Shown here piece by piece: positions 23,774 to 34,337 of a stretch of DNA of 64,000 nucleotides. Where the stretch lies: assembly GCA_951406725.2 (NCBI GenBank), contig OX597818.1:4154001-4218000 (forward strand), written 5' to 3'. Source of the DNA: Octopus vulgaris (taxonomy: Eukaryota). Under the pieces are notes generated by a model that searched no databases, was not told the origin of the DNA, and worked only from the letters and a program-made list of their open reading frames with translations. Made by a program: the position numbers and the translations under genes. Each line of letters starts with the position of its first letter. Position 1 is the first letter of the stretch.

Positions 23774-24301
23774 CTAAGTTCTATTTAAATCTAGAGAAAG
23801 TGTACGGTAGTTTATGAATGCAAAAAAATTTTTTTCATTTATATTATTAATAATAGGCCTACCCGCTTTGATAATGAAAAAAATTTCATTAATACATAGA
23901 GAGCATTTTTTATTTTTTCCATTATACACAGGTGCAGAAGTTAGTATTTTCCAATTTAATTTAAAATCTAAGTTCTTACTTTTGAGTTCCCAAATATACG
24001 CACTTAACCCCGTAGAGTACATCCTATTTTTATTTCTAAAAGTATATCTATGATAATTAAGTCTCTGTTTCATGCTATTCATAGTTGCTCCGATGTATAC
24101 CCTACTACTAAATTGTGTATCCACAGTGCATTGATAAACTACCTCTTTCTTGAGGCATTGATTACCAAACACACATTTATTTCTGTTTCTGAAATTACAG
24201 TTATCAACAGGTTGGGGTAATCTAACATTGGCCAACATTCCTGTAACACCATTCCCATTAGTAGTGTTACGATTATTTTTACTATCCAATCCCAAATTCA
24301 A
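23774..24301 (-). pseudogene. Penelope GIY-YIG endonuclease C-terminus
   Basis: CNFR....C.F...CL..EVVYQC...YIGAT...K.R...H, STGLSAYIW.LK, W.IL and CSLC..E motifs. Confidence 0.9.
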
Positions 24302-24822
24302 CGAATGATTTGATTTATCATTATTGGCGATATTCCTATCAATAGTAATAGTATTGGTGGTAGTGGTATTATCAATTACATTAATATATGTGAGTGGATC
24401 TACTTAGTTAATACCACGGCCTTGTTGTCGTTTGGGGGGGGGGCTTGATGTCTGCATGCATGTATGTGCAATCGGTTGGGTTTCTCTGTTTTTCCATGTG
24501 TATAGTTACGATTATACCTCTTATATTATTTATTTATTTATTTATTTATGATTTGGCTGTGTATGTGGCTATGTATGTGTGTATGTGTATGGGTGTATGT
24601 GTGTGTGTATACATATAATTATGTATGTATGTGCGTTGGATCTGTGGATGTGCGTGTGCGTATGTGCGTTTCTTGACTAACTAACCGTAAAATTTCCATT
24701 GTGATTCAAATTTAAAACTATAAACCAATCGAATCTATCTAGGAAAATCAATATCAAGCGGACAGATGAATTAGACTTATTGATATGTAGATGTCCGCTT
24801 GCTTTACATGGTACAATCATGG

Positions 24823-24869
<47 letters not shown>

Positions 24870-25181
24870 ATTAATATTAATTTTTATTGACTTTTTGTAT
24901 ATTTATACATTTTAATGAACTGGATTGTTTTATATATATATGTCTGCTTTAAATTTAAATGTGAGTGTACATGTATTTCCTTGATGTTAGTTATGGAACT
25001 AGGAGTCCAATATGGAAAATAACTGTGTTTGTTAATGTATACTGATATATTTTGTTTATATTGTATTATTGTATTAATGTGTATATATATATATGTGTAG
25101 AATTATGAGTGTCTATGCACACATTTTTATATTTTATATTTTTATATTTATATGTAAATTTTTTTCACACTTATATTAAAT

Positions 25182-25292
25182 TCTCTGAAGAGGCCGTGTG
25201 ACATCCTTGTTAATGTCTCATTTATACCTGCTTTATATGGCTAATGGGTTAAATGAGACATACTTGTCTTCACGGCCGAAACAGCTGTCAGA
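25182..25292 (+). ncRNA. Type I hammerhead ribozyme with extended stem II
   Basis: TCT-CTGAAGA-GGCCGTG...CACGGCC-GAAA-CAGCTG-TC^AGA. Palindromic stem III (ACAGCTGT). Predicted cleavage after 25289. Confidence 0.8.
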
Positions 25293-25459
25293 TATGATGT
25301 AATTGTATTTTATATTTCTATTTCCATGTCTAGTTATATTTGCAATATATTATGTATAATGTTATTGCTGTTATGTAATGGTGTAATAAAGTATTGATTG
25401 GGTATTATCTGATGGTTGATGATTGATTGATTTAAGTATGTTTCTCCATTTTCTCATTT

Positions 25460-25509
<50 letters not shown>

Positions 25510-25794
25510 TGATGGGCTTCTTTCAGTTTCTGTCTACAAAATCCACTCACAAGGCTTTGGTCAGCCCGAGGCTATAGAAGAAGACACTTGCCCAAGCGTT
25601 GTTGAGAAAAGTTTCTATTTATGAAGTTATTTCATATTAAAGTTGTCGTATTTTGGTAATTTCAACCAATCAATGACGTGTATTCAGCTGAATAAAATTT
25701 CTGCTGTTGTTTGTCAACATCAACTATCGGCAGTGTATATTTCATTTGTCACTGTTATTTATGACATCGCTTGTGCGTTTGTACTGGTTTTAGC

Positions 25795-25899
25795 TTTAGG
25801 GTTTTTTGGTTAGGGTTAGGGTTTTAGGGTTAGGGTTAGGGTTTCAGGGTTAGGGTTTTGAGGGTTGGGATTAGGGTTTTAGGGTTAGGGTTAGGGTTA
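25795..25899 (+). repeat. Degenerate (TTAGGG)n inside the foldback MITE
   Basis: TTAGGG and TTTTAGGG units. Confidence 0.9.
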
Positions 25900-26485
25900 C
25901 GGAAAAAATGAAAAATGAAGAAATTGGATGGGGCCAAAAAATTTCAAAATTCCAATTTTTGGCAATTTTCAGGAATCTCCGTATCTGAAAAGCTGGGTTT
26001 TTGGCAAAAAGAAATTTTAAAAAACAATAATTTGTGAGAAAATTGGGGTGGGTGGGGAGGAAGTCTTTCCGAAAATAGTAGCTGAAAAATAGGAAAAACC
26101 TAAAAAGCAGTAGAAATGCACAGACGATTATGGTGATGTCATGAAGTAAACGAGCTTCAGATACACTCGTTTATTCATTACGAACGTAACTGAGATTAAA
26201 TATGTCATAATGAATAACAGGGACAAACGAAATATACACCGCTGGAAGTTGTTGTCGACAAACAACAGTAGTAATTTTATTTGGCTGAATACACGTCATT
26301 GATTGGTTGAAATTACCAAAATACAACTTTAGCACGAAATAACTTCATAAATAGAAACTTTTCTCCACAACACTATGAGTAAAAGGTGTTTTATATGACA
26401 CATTCTACCAGTGTCCACGTTTGAAAGAGTTTAGTTACAAAAAATTCATTTCTCAATCTGCCAATGAATGTGAAAAAATTCGGGA

Positions 26486-26957
26486 AATGAAATACTGTAA
26501 CTGAAGAAATTGAGGGAAGTTAAGAGAAGTTAAAAGAAGTTGAAATATACGTAGGGTCAATGAAAAGACTTCATCTCAGTGAAGGAGCATCTCCACAAGG
26601 CCACACCATCCAGCACCGTATTCCAACAATGTGATGGGTATTTCTTCACCCGATACTGGCAAGTGGGACAGATATCATCAACCTCAGAATCACTAAAGCA
26701 CACTTCATTGAGAAGAAAGTACCCACCTTTAACTGTCAGAATGAGCTCAACAGCTGAAAGTATATCTACTGCTTCCAGAGTTTTTAACCAACACCAACAA
26801 TAACCACCACAAAAAATAAATCGAAAGAACATCTGAAGAAGGCTCTTTGATCTGAAAGCGCTCACATGAATAAATCTAATCTAACAACTAGCAACAAGGC
26901 TATCCACAGATTAAACTCCACATGTAGGTCGTATCTTTCTATCTACTGTTCTATTTC

Positions 26958-26990
<33 letters not shown>

Positions 26991-27422
26991 TTATCTATCT
27001 ATCTTTCCACCTGTCTCTTATGTCCATGAACTTTCTAAAAGAAAATTGTTTAAGCTTTTATAACCTTTGAACCTTTTGGAACTTTAACTTTAAAACTTTA
27101 TAAACTTTAAATCTTTAAAATCTTAAAACTTTAAAGCTTGAAAACCTCATGACTTTGAATTTTTTGAGATACTTTGAGAATTTTTTGAGATTTTGTGAAT
27201 AGTTCTAGAAACATTCTCTTCAAGGGTTTTTGAAATTTGTGAAGTTTTATTAAACCTTAAAAAACATTTTTTAAAAATTTCTTTCTCTATGTTATTGTTT
27301 TAAGCTTTAACATTTTCTTTTAAAAAATTCTAAAAAGAAATTTTCACCTTCTTTTGTCTTGTTCTTAATTGCTTTTAACTTCTTTTAGCTTACCTTAATT
27401 CATTCAGTTACAGTATTTCATC
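26486..27422. repeat. ~50-bp imperfect inverted repeats bounding a ~940-bp segment (possible MITE)
   Basis: tgaaatactgtaactgaa...agaagttaaaag at 26486-26536 with its inverse at 27372-27422. Confidence 0.5.
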
Positions 27423-27959
27423 CTCCTCCTTTACCTTCTTAACCTCTCCTACTAAAGGCGTTACCCTGTCATCTTTCTATACAGTCCTATTTGTTTTTTT
27501 GTATAAATGCGCCGATTGGAATGTAACACATATGTATATGATACATATATAATACAAAACTGAGAAAAAATGGTAAAACAGGATCAAAGAAAGAAAAAAG
27601 GAAAAATCACATCAATTCAACAGAAAACACATCAATTCAACAAAAAACATCAATTCAACAAAAAAAAGCAATTCATCAAAAAAAAATCAATTCAACATCA
27701 AGTGCTCAATTGGTTGCACACTACAAGGTTCAATAGAACCTATCAAAGCAAGTCAACATGTTCTTGGCATTACTATGGATGATGGCAAGGCTAAGGCATT
27801 GGAACAATCAAGTACCTTCATGGGCATCACTTGACACTTCAATAAGGCAAACCAACAACAACAACAAGAACTTTGCCATTAGCAGCCCAGCTCCTCCAAA
27901 CATCTCAAATGCCACAGGCTGGAAAAGTGGTTCACTGACAAGTCCCGATACTTAAGGAT

Positions 27960-29403
27960 TTTGTTCCATTCAGCTACAGAAGCAGTGACCCTATATTTAC
28001 CACAGCATCCAGGATAGTTGTCAATTCCTAAGTTATTGTATTTTCTCAGAGTTAGTCCTTCTCATAGATTCTTGTTGTCTCTCCAATGCTTAATCTTCAG
28101 GAAATTCAAATGCTTGGTCAATGTCAGACTCTCTCCAGAGTCCTGCAACCAGGCTGCTTTGCCCAAATGGTTTGAGGGTCATAAGTGCTCATCTCCATCT
28201 CTTATTTTCTTTCCTCCATCTACATCCGCTGCCCTTTGGTAGGGATATCCTCTCCTTTCCAACATGGACTAGTTCCAACAGGAAAATGGGTGAAGCTCTG
28301 TTTTAGTGGAGAGAGCTCATTTTCTCAGTTCCTGACATAGCTGAGGATTGACAGTAGCAAAGAGTATGGGACAATCTGTGCTCCAGTTCCACTTTCAACT
28401 CCCTTTTTGATCAATCTGATAAATTGTCAAGGTGTTGCCTACTTTCTGCAAAAGCAAAATTCTCAGGGGACTGGATTGATGCCCTGCTTGTGGCTAACAT
28501 TAGCATTCCGCTTTGTCTAGATGAGCTCCACATCTCCATTGCACTCAGAGTGGGAGCCAACGTTTGGTGGGGATTGAGATGTCACTGTTGTAGGCCCCTT
28601 AACTCTACAAACCTTCACAGTTTGTCTTGCTGCCTAAATGCTGATTGTTTTGCTCATCACACCAAGCTAAACTTAATCATTAAGCAGACCCTGACTTGGG
28701 TTAATATCCCCTCAGTTCTGGAGCTAGTAGGATTATCCAGAAGTGATGGGAAGAGACCAGATGGTCATAATCTTCATCCCTGTGTAAGAGGAAGGTTTCT
28801 TACCTGGGATACCACAGTTTGTGACTCCTTTGCTCCCTCCCACATCCAGAATGCTGTGGTAAATGGAAGGGTTACTGCTTCTATAGCTAAACAGAACAAA
28901 ATCTTTAAGTACCGGGACCTATCAGTGAACCATTTCTTCCAGCCTGTAGCATTTGATATGTTTGGAGGAACTAAGCCACTAACAGCTAAGTCCTAGCCCA
29001 TTTTTTTACCTGAATGATGCCCTATTTTTGTTTGTTCCTAATTAATTTGTAGCAAGACCAGTTTGTATTATTGCATTAAGTTTGGTTTACATAGGTTCAC
29101 CACACTAATTTGTTGTGATTGCTTAAATTACCTATCATATGAGTTATTGGACATTTATTGAGCCCTGTTTTGTGATTAGTTGAATGTTATGCAGGAATTG
29201 GGTCACAGTTTCAATCATGTTGTGTGTAATATATTTCAAATGACTAATACTGTATGTGTCCTGGAGCTTCCTTTTTACCATAAATTGGTGTGACAAATTA
29301 TTAATGAGTCAGACAGGTGAGTGCTTTCATGGAGATGAGTTTGTAGATCCTGCCATTTCAGAGGAGAGTTGATATATAACAGAGCCCATGCAGCCAATGA
29401 TGA
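27960..29403 (+). mobile_element. CRE-like non-LTR retrotransposon 3' relic (restriction-like endonuclease)
   Basis: SIPKLLYFLR, SG.W..., C.C....H.L.C, DGKRPDG, L.WD.TV.D and K..KY..L....FF.PVAF..FG motifs. Ends in a TGATGAT tail. Confidence 0.75.
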
Positions 29404-29821
29404 TCAAAGCTGAATTATCAAAATGATGGATGAACAACAACCCACTGAACTTCTAATGTTTCTTGCTTTGATCCACGGAGAAATAAAGTCCCAATGTTAT
29501 TTTAAAGATGGTTTCTTTTGTTGCTTATACAAATGAACGCACGAAATGTATTATTTAATGATATACATGATTCTTTAGTAAAATCAGGGAATTTTTTCCT
29601 TGTAAAAAATTATTACTCCTTCCTTTTTTTTTTTAATTTTGTCCCAAATATTTATTTTATTTATCGAATAACACTCTATTTATGTATCTTCCAAGTGATT
29701 GCTTTTTTAGTTTGTCCCAAATAACCTCTCAAAATCTTCAGGGAAGAGAAAGGGAAGGACTTCAGGGAAGGGAAATAAAAAAACGGATTTGGTAGATGAA
29801 AACTGAAAGAAGCCCATCGTA

Positions 29822-29875
<54 letters not shown>

Positions 29876-29878
<3 letters not shown>

Positions 29879-31940
29879 GTGATGCCCTAGATACAAATAA
29901 TTACAGAGGTATCAAGCTGTTGGATCAGGTAATGAAGGTTACGGAGAGGGTCATAGCCCAACTAATTAGAGAGAGAGTTAGTTTAGATGAGATGCAGTTT
30001 GGGTTTGTGCCAGGGAAAAGTACCACTGATGCTATATTCCTGGTAAGGCAGCTGCAGGAGAAATACCTAGCCAAAGATAAGCCCCTGTACCTGGCTTTCG
30101 TTGACATGGAGAAAGCCTTTGATAGGGTCCCCCGATCCCTCATCTGGTGGTCAATGAGGAAACTAGGGATAGATGAATGGCTGGTGAGGGCTGTGCAAGC
30201 CATGTACAGAGATGCCGTAAGCAAGGTTAGGGTTGGCAACATGTACACAGAAGAATTCAAAGTAGAGGTTGGGGTCCACCAGGGTTCAGTACTCAGCCCC
30301 CTCCTATTTATCATAGTCCTCCAGGCAATAACAGAGGAATTCAAGACAGGTTGCCCCTGGGAGCTCCTCTATGCTGACGACCTCGCTCTAATTGCTGAGT
30401 CACTATCAGAACTGGAGGAGAAGTTCCAGGTGTGGAAGGAGGGTTTAGAATCGAGGGGCCTTAGAGTCAACCTAGCTAAAACCAAAGTACTAATAAGTAG
30501 AAAGGTAGGCAATCCACAAATGTCCTCAGGAAGATAGCCCTGCTCGATCTGTAGAAAAGGTGTAGGTAGAAACTCTATAAGATGTACCCAGTGTAAGCTA
30601 TGGACACATAAGAGGTGCAGCAATGTGAAAGGTAGGCTAACTGGGAAGATAGTCTTTATATGTGGCAGATGCTCGGGAGCATTGACCTCCAAAAATCTGC
30701 AGAAAACAACTTCCGTCACTTTCCAGGGGGAAAAATTAGAAGTAGTTGATAGCTTCCGTTATCTAGGTGACCAAGTCAGTAGTGGGGGTGGGTGCGCTGA
30801 GAGTGTAACTGCTAGAATAAGAATAGCCTGGGCAAAGTTTAGGGAGCTCTTACCTCTGCTGGTGACTAAAGGCCTCTCGCTCAGAGTAAAGGGCAGACTG
30901 TATGATGCATGTGTTTGAACTGCCATGCTACATGGCAGTGAAACATGGGCCGTGACTGCTGAGGACATGCATAAGCTCATGAGGAATGAAGCCAGTATGC
31001 TCCGATGGATGTGTAATGTCAGTGTACTTACTCGACAGAGTGTTAGTTCCCTAAGAGAAATGTTGTACCTAAGAAGCATCAGTTGTTGCGTGCAAGAGAG
31101 ACGATTGCGATGGTATGGTCATGTGGCGAGAATGGATGAAGATAGGTGTGTGAGAAAGTGCCAATCCCTAGCAGTTGAGGGAACCCGTGGAAGAGGTAGA
31201 CCCAGGAAAACCTGGGACGAGGTGGTGAAGCACGACCTTCGAACATTAGGTCTCACCATGGAAATGACCAGAGACCGAGACCTATGGAAGTATGCTGTGC
31301 GTGAGAAGACCCGGCAAGACTAGTGAAGCCATAACCCGTGGCCCCTACCTGGGACGTAGTCAGTCCGCCTGTGCATACCTTCCTGCTTGTGACACTTGTG
31401 AAGACCTGTTGAGGCAAATCAAATCAAAGTCAAATCGAATCAAGTCAAACCAAATCAAAATAGATGAACATCAATGGAATTTGTACCCTTGTGGTACCAG
31501 TGCCGGTGGCACATAAGAAAACCATACGAACGGGACCGTAGCCAGTACCGCATCGACTGGCCTCCGTGCTGTGGGCACGTAACAAACACCGTCCGAGCGT
31601 GGCTGTCTGCCAGCCTCGTCTGGCACCTGTGTCGGTGGCACATAAAAACACCATCCGAGCGTGGCCGTCTGCCAGCCTCGTCTGGCACCTGTGTCGGTGG
31701 CACATAAAAACACCATCCGAGCGTGGCCGTTCGCCAGCCTCGTCTGGCACCTGTGTCGGTGGCACATAAAATCACCACTACACTCTCGGAGTGGTTGGCG
31801 TTAGGAAGGGCATCCAGCTGTAGAAACACTGCCAGATCTGACTGGCCTGGTGCAGCCTTCGGGTTCCCCAGGCCCCAGTTGAACCGTCCAACCCATGCTA
31901 GCATGGAAAGCGGACGTTAAACGTTGATGATGATGATGAT
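29876..31940 (+). mobile_element. RTE-like LINE, 5'-truncated, with RT, an embedded PHD-like finger and 3' UTR
   Basis: NYRGIKLL, QFGF.PG..TTDAI, AFVDMEKAFD, GVHQGSVLSP, LYADD, RLRWYGHV and RGRPRKTW motifs. (GAT)n tail. Confidence 0.93.
31489..31770 (+). repeat. 62-bp tandem repeat in the LINE 3' UTR
   Basis: GGTGGCACATAAAA recurs at 31634, 31696 and 31758, with a diverged unit near 31505. Confidence 0.9.
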
Positions 31941-34337
31941 ATATATATATGTATGTATGTATGTGTGTGTATATGTTTGTGTGTCTGTGTTTGTCCTCCT
32001 AACATCGCTTGACAACTGATGCTGGTGTGTTTACGTCCCTGTAACTTAGCGGTTCGGCAAAAGAGACCAATAGAATAAGTACTAGGCTTACAAAGAATAA
32101 GTCCTGGGGGTCGATTTGCTCAACTAAAGGCGGTGCTCCAGCATAGCTACAGTCAAATGACTGAAACAAGTAAAAGACTAAAAGAATTGTAACTTTTTTT
32201 ATTATCATCAATTTCTTAGGAGAAAATGTAATGCTGCTGAAAATTCGATAAACTTTAAATGGTTGGAGGAAATTTAAAAGATCCAAAATTATAATTTTGG
32301 AATGTTTTTTGCCCCCAAATTTCCATTTTTAAAAAATATTTTACCCTCCTCGCACTTTATGTACTTTTCCTTCTCCACAAAGTAATGATAGCAATTCCTA
32401 AAGGATAATGAAATGTTCCGTTCCCCAAAAAAGCCAAATATTTAATATAGGGCAAAGAAGTATAGTGCAAAGTTAAATGCTTTCTCCATGGGGGAACTGT
32501 TCCGAGAGTCATCCTTGTTAAGTAAAGGACTCTGCAAAGTTGAATTAGAAGGATTGGCTACAGTTTGGATGGTGGGAAAGCTTAAGAGCTATGTGATGCG
32601 TAAAGGTATTCTTTGTACATTAGATAGTGGTCTTACTGTATGAATGCAACCCAATTTGGGATGAGATTTTCCAGGCATCATTAGGTATCGTTTTTTTCCT
32701 GAACAGCTGCAGTGCAATTATGAGCAAACTATTGGGGAGACTTGAGACACTGAGTTTTTGCTATGTGTGGGATGTAAAGCGACATAGCTAAAAAAGATGG
32801 TTTCAGCCATCTGTATCACTGTTTCAAAGGAGCATGAATGAAACACTTGCTACCAAGGATACATGACATAAAACTGGTGGCGCTCCAACCAGTCAACTGA
32901 CTTGAAGTGCCATAGGATACAGGAGGAAAGGGATTCTGTGTAGTATGTGATTATCTGCTGGATAATTGCAATGAGGCAAAGGCAAGAGGATCAGACTGGT
33001 GCAGAGACAGATACAGTTTGGAAGAGACTGTATGTTGAGGTAAGAAAGAAATCAAAGGTGTGTTGATTTGGAATGTGAGTAAGAGATTAAATGAGTTGCA
33101 ACGAGTTAAGGGTAGCAAAGATTCAACTTCCACACTGATAGATTGGTCTAGGATGAGTGTGAGAGCCATAAAGTGTTGTGAGCATTGAAGTCATCAGGTA
33201 AGATGACTTCAGATAGGGGGAAAAAGATAGATGTTCTCAGTGCGGAAGATATTATCAAAGAGTTGCTGATGGTTTGAGGAGTTTAGAGAACAATGGAGTG
33301 AGCAGATGTATTTAGGGGAATGAGGAGGGAGACTTTAGGTCTCAATAACTGGAAATTATTGTTGCTGAAATCCAGGTGAGACAAGGAGAGTGAAGTCTAG
33401 GATGTGTGTGATGTGTAGAATCTAGATGGGAGAGATGTTGAATGTTCAACAAGAGGAGGCCAGAGTGTTTGGGTTTATTTTGTTGACAGCATGGAGAGCA
33501 TAGATGGTAATGGTGCATGCATAGGTCATGGAAATCCTCTGTCTGGATGCCTCAACAGAGTGAACTCTGTTAAAAGTATCAAATGGCCAGATGGTGGTGT
33601 TAAACTGGGCAGCATGGTTCACTTACCACCCAAGAAAAAGTGAGGAAGGCTATAAGCCTATTGAAAGAGGCTACATTAAAAAGTACAAAAAGAAAAGGGA
33701 GGAAATGAAAGAAACAGCAATAACTTAAACAACTACTGAACAAGCTAAAGATGTTGAGGGACATCCCACATGAACTAGAGTGTAGCAGATCTCTGTCAGC
33801 ATATGCTGACGACATCACCACAGTTGTGTCGAACACCAAACACATTGAGATATTCAGCACTGCTCTCAGGGAATACAAAGTGGTAACAGGAGAGAAAATT
33901 AACCAGGAAAAGTCAGTGGGCTTGTGGCTCAGCACCCATTGAAGCAAGTCCATGCCATCTAACTGCTTTGCTGAATGCTGAATAGAAAGATTGGTTAAAT
34001 TGCTCAGGATATGGTTTGATCTTGACTTTCAGAGTAGCAAAAACCAGGATGATGTAACAAGTAGAGTAGCTAATTTTACTCAGCAATGGATTGAGAGGAA
34101 ACTATCCCTTAAAGTTTAAGCAGAGATGGCAAACGCATACATCACATCCATCATCTACTACCACCTGAGCATTGTGTTTTGTCCCAGTACCCATCTTACT
34201 GTACCAGCACATTTAATCTTTTGGTTCTTGTGAAAGGGACACATTTCAATGGTCAGGAAATCCATGGTGGACTGGGCATGCCATGGCTGGTGATGTGTAA
34301 ACATGCACTGAGGCCATGACATCTCCAGCACTTACTT

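Larger units (their letters stand above)
29785..32185 (+). mobile_element. SINE family B copy split at its (TA)n by an RTE LINE
   Basis: 5' part ggatttggtag...gaaagaagccc(TA)n at 29785-29875. 3' part 31941-32185 ends in aagtaaaagactaaaaga. Confidence 0.85.

Noticed and set aside
31445-31920. Overlapping repetitive ORFs and a CRISPR-like periodicity
   Set aside because: This is a 62-bp tandem repeat with no unique spacers, in a LINE 3' UTR of eukaryotic DNA.
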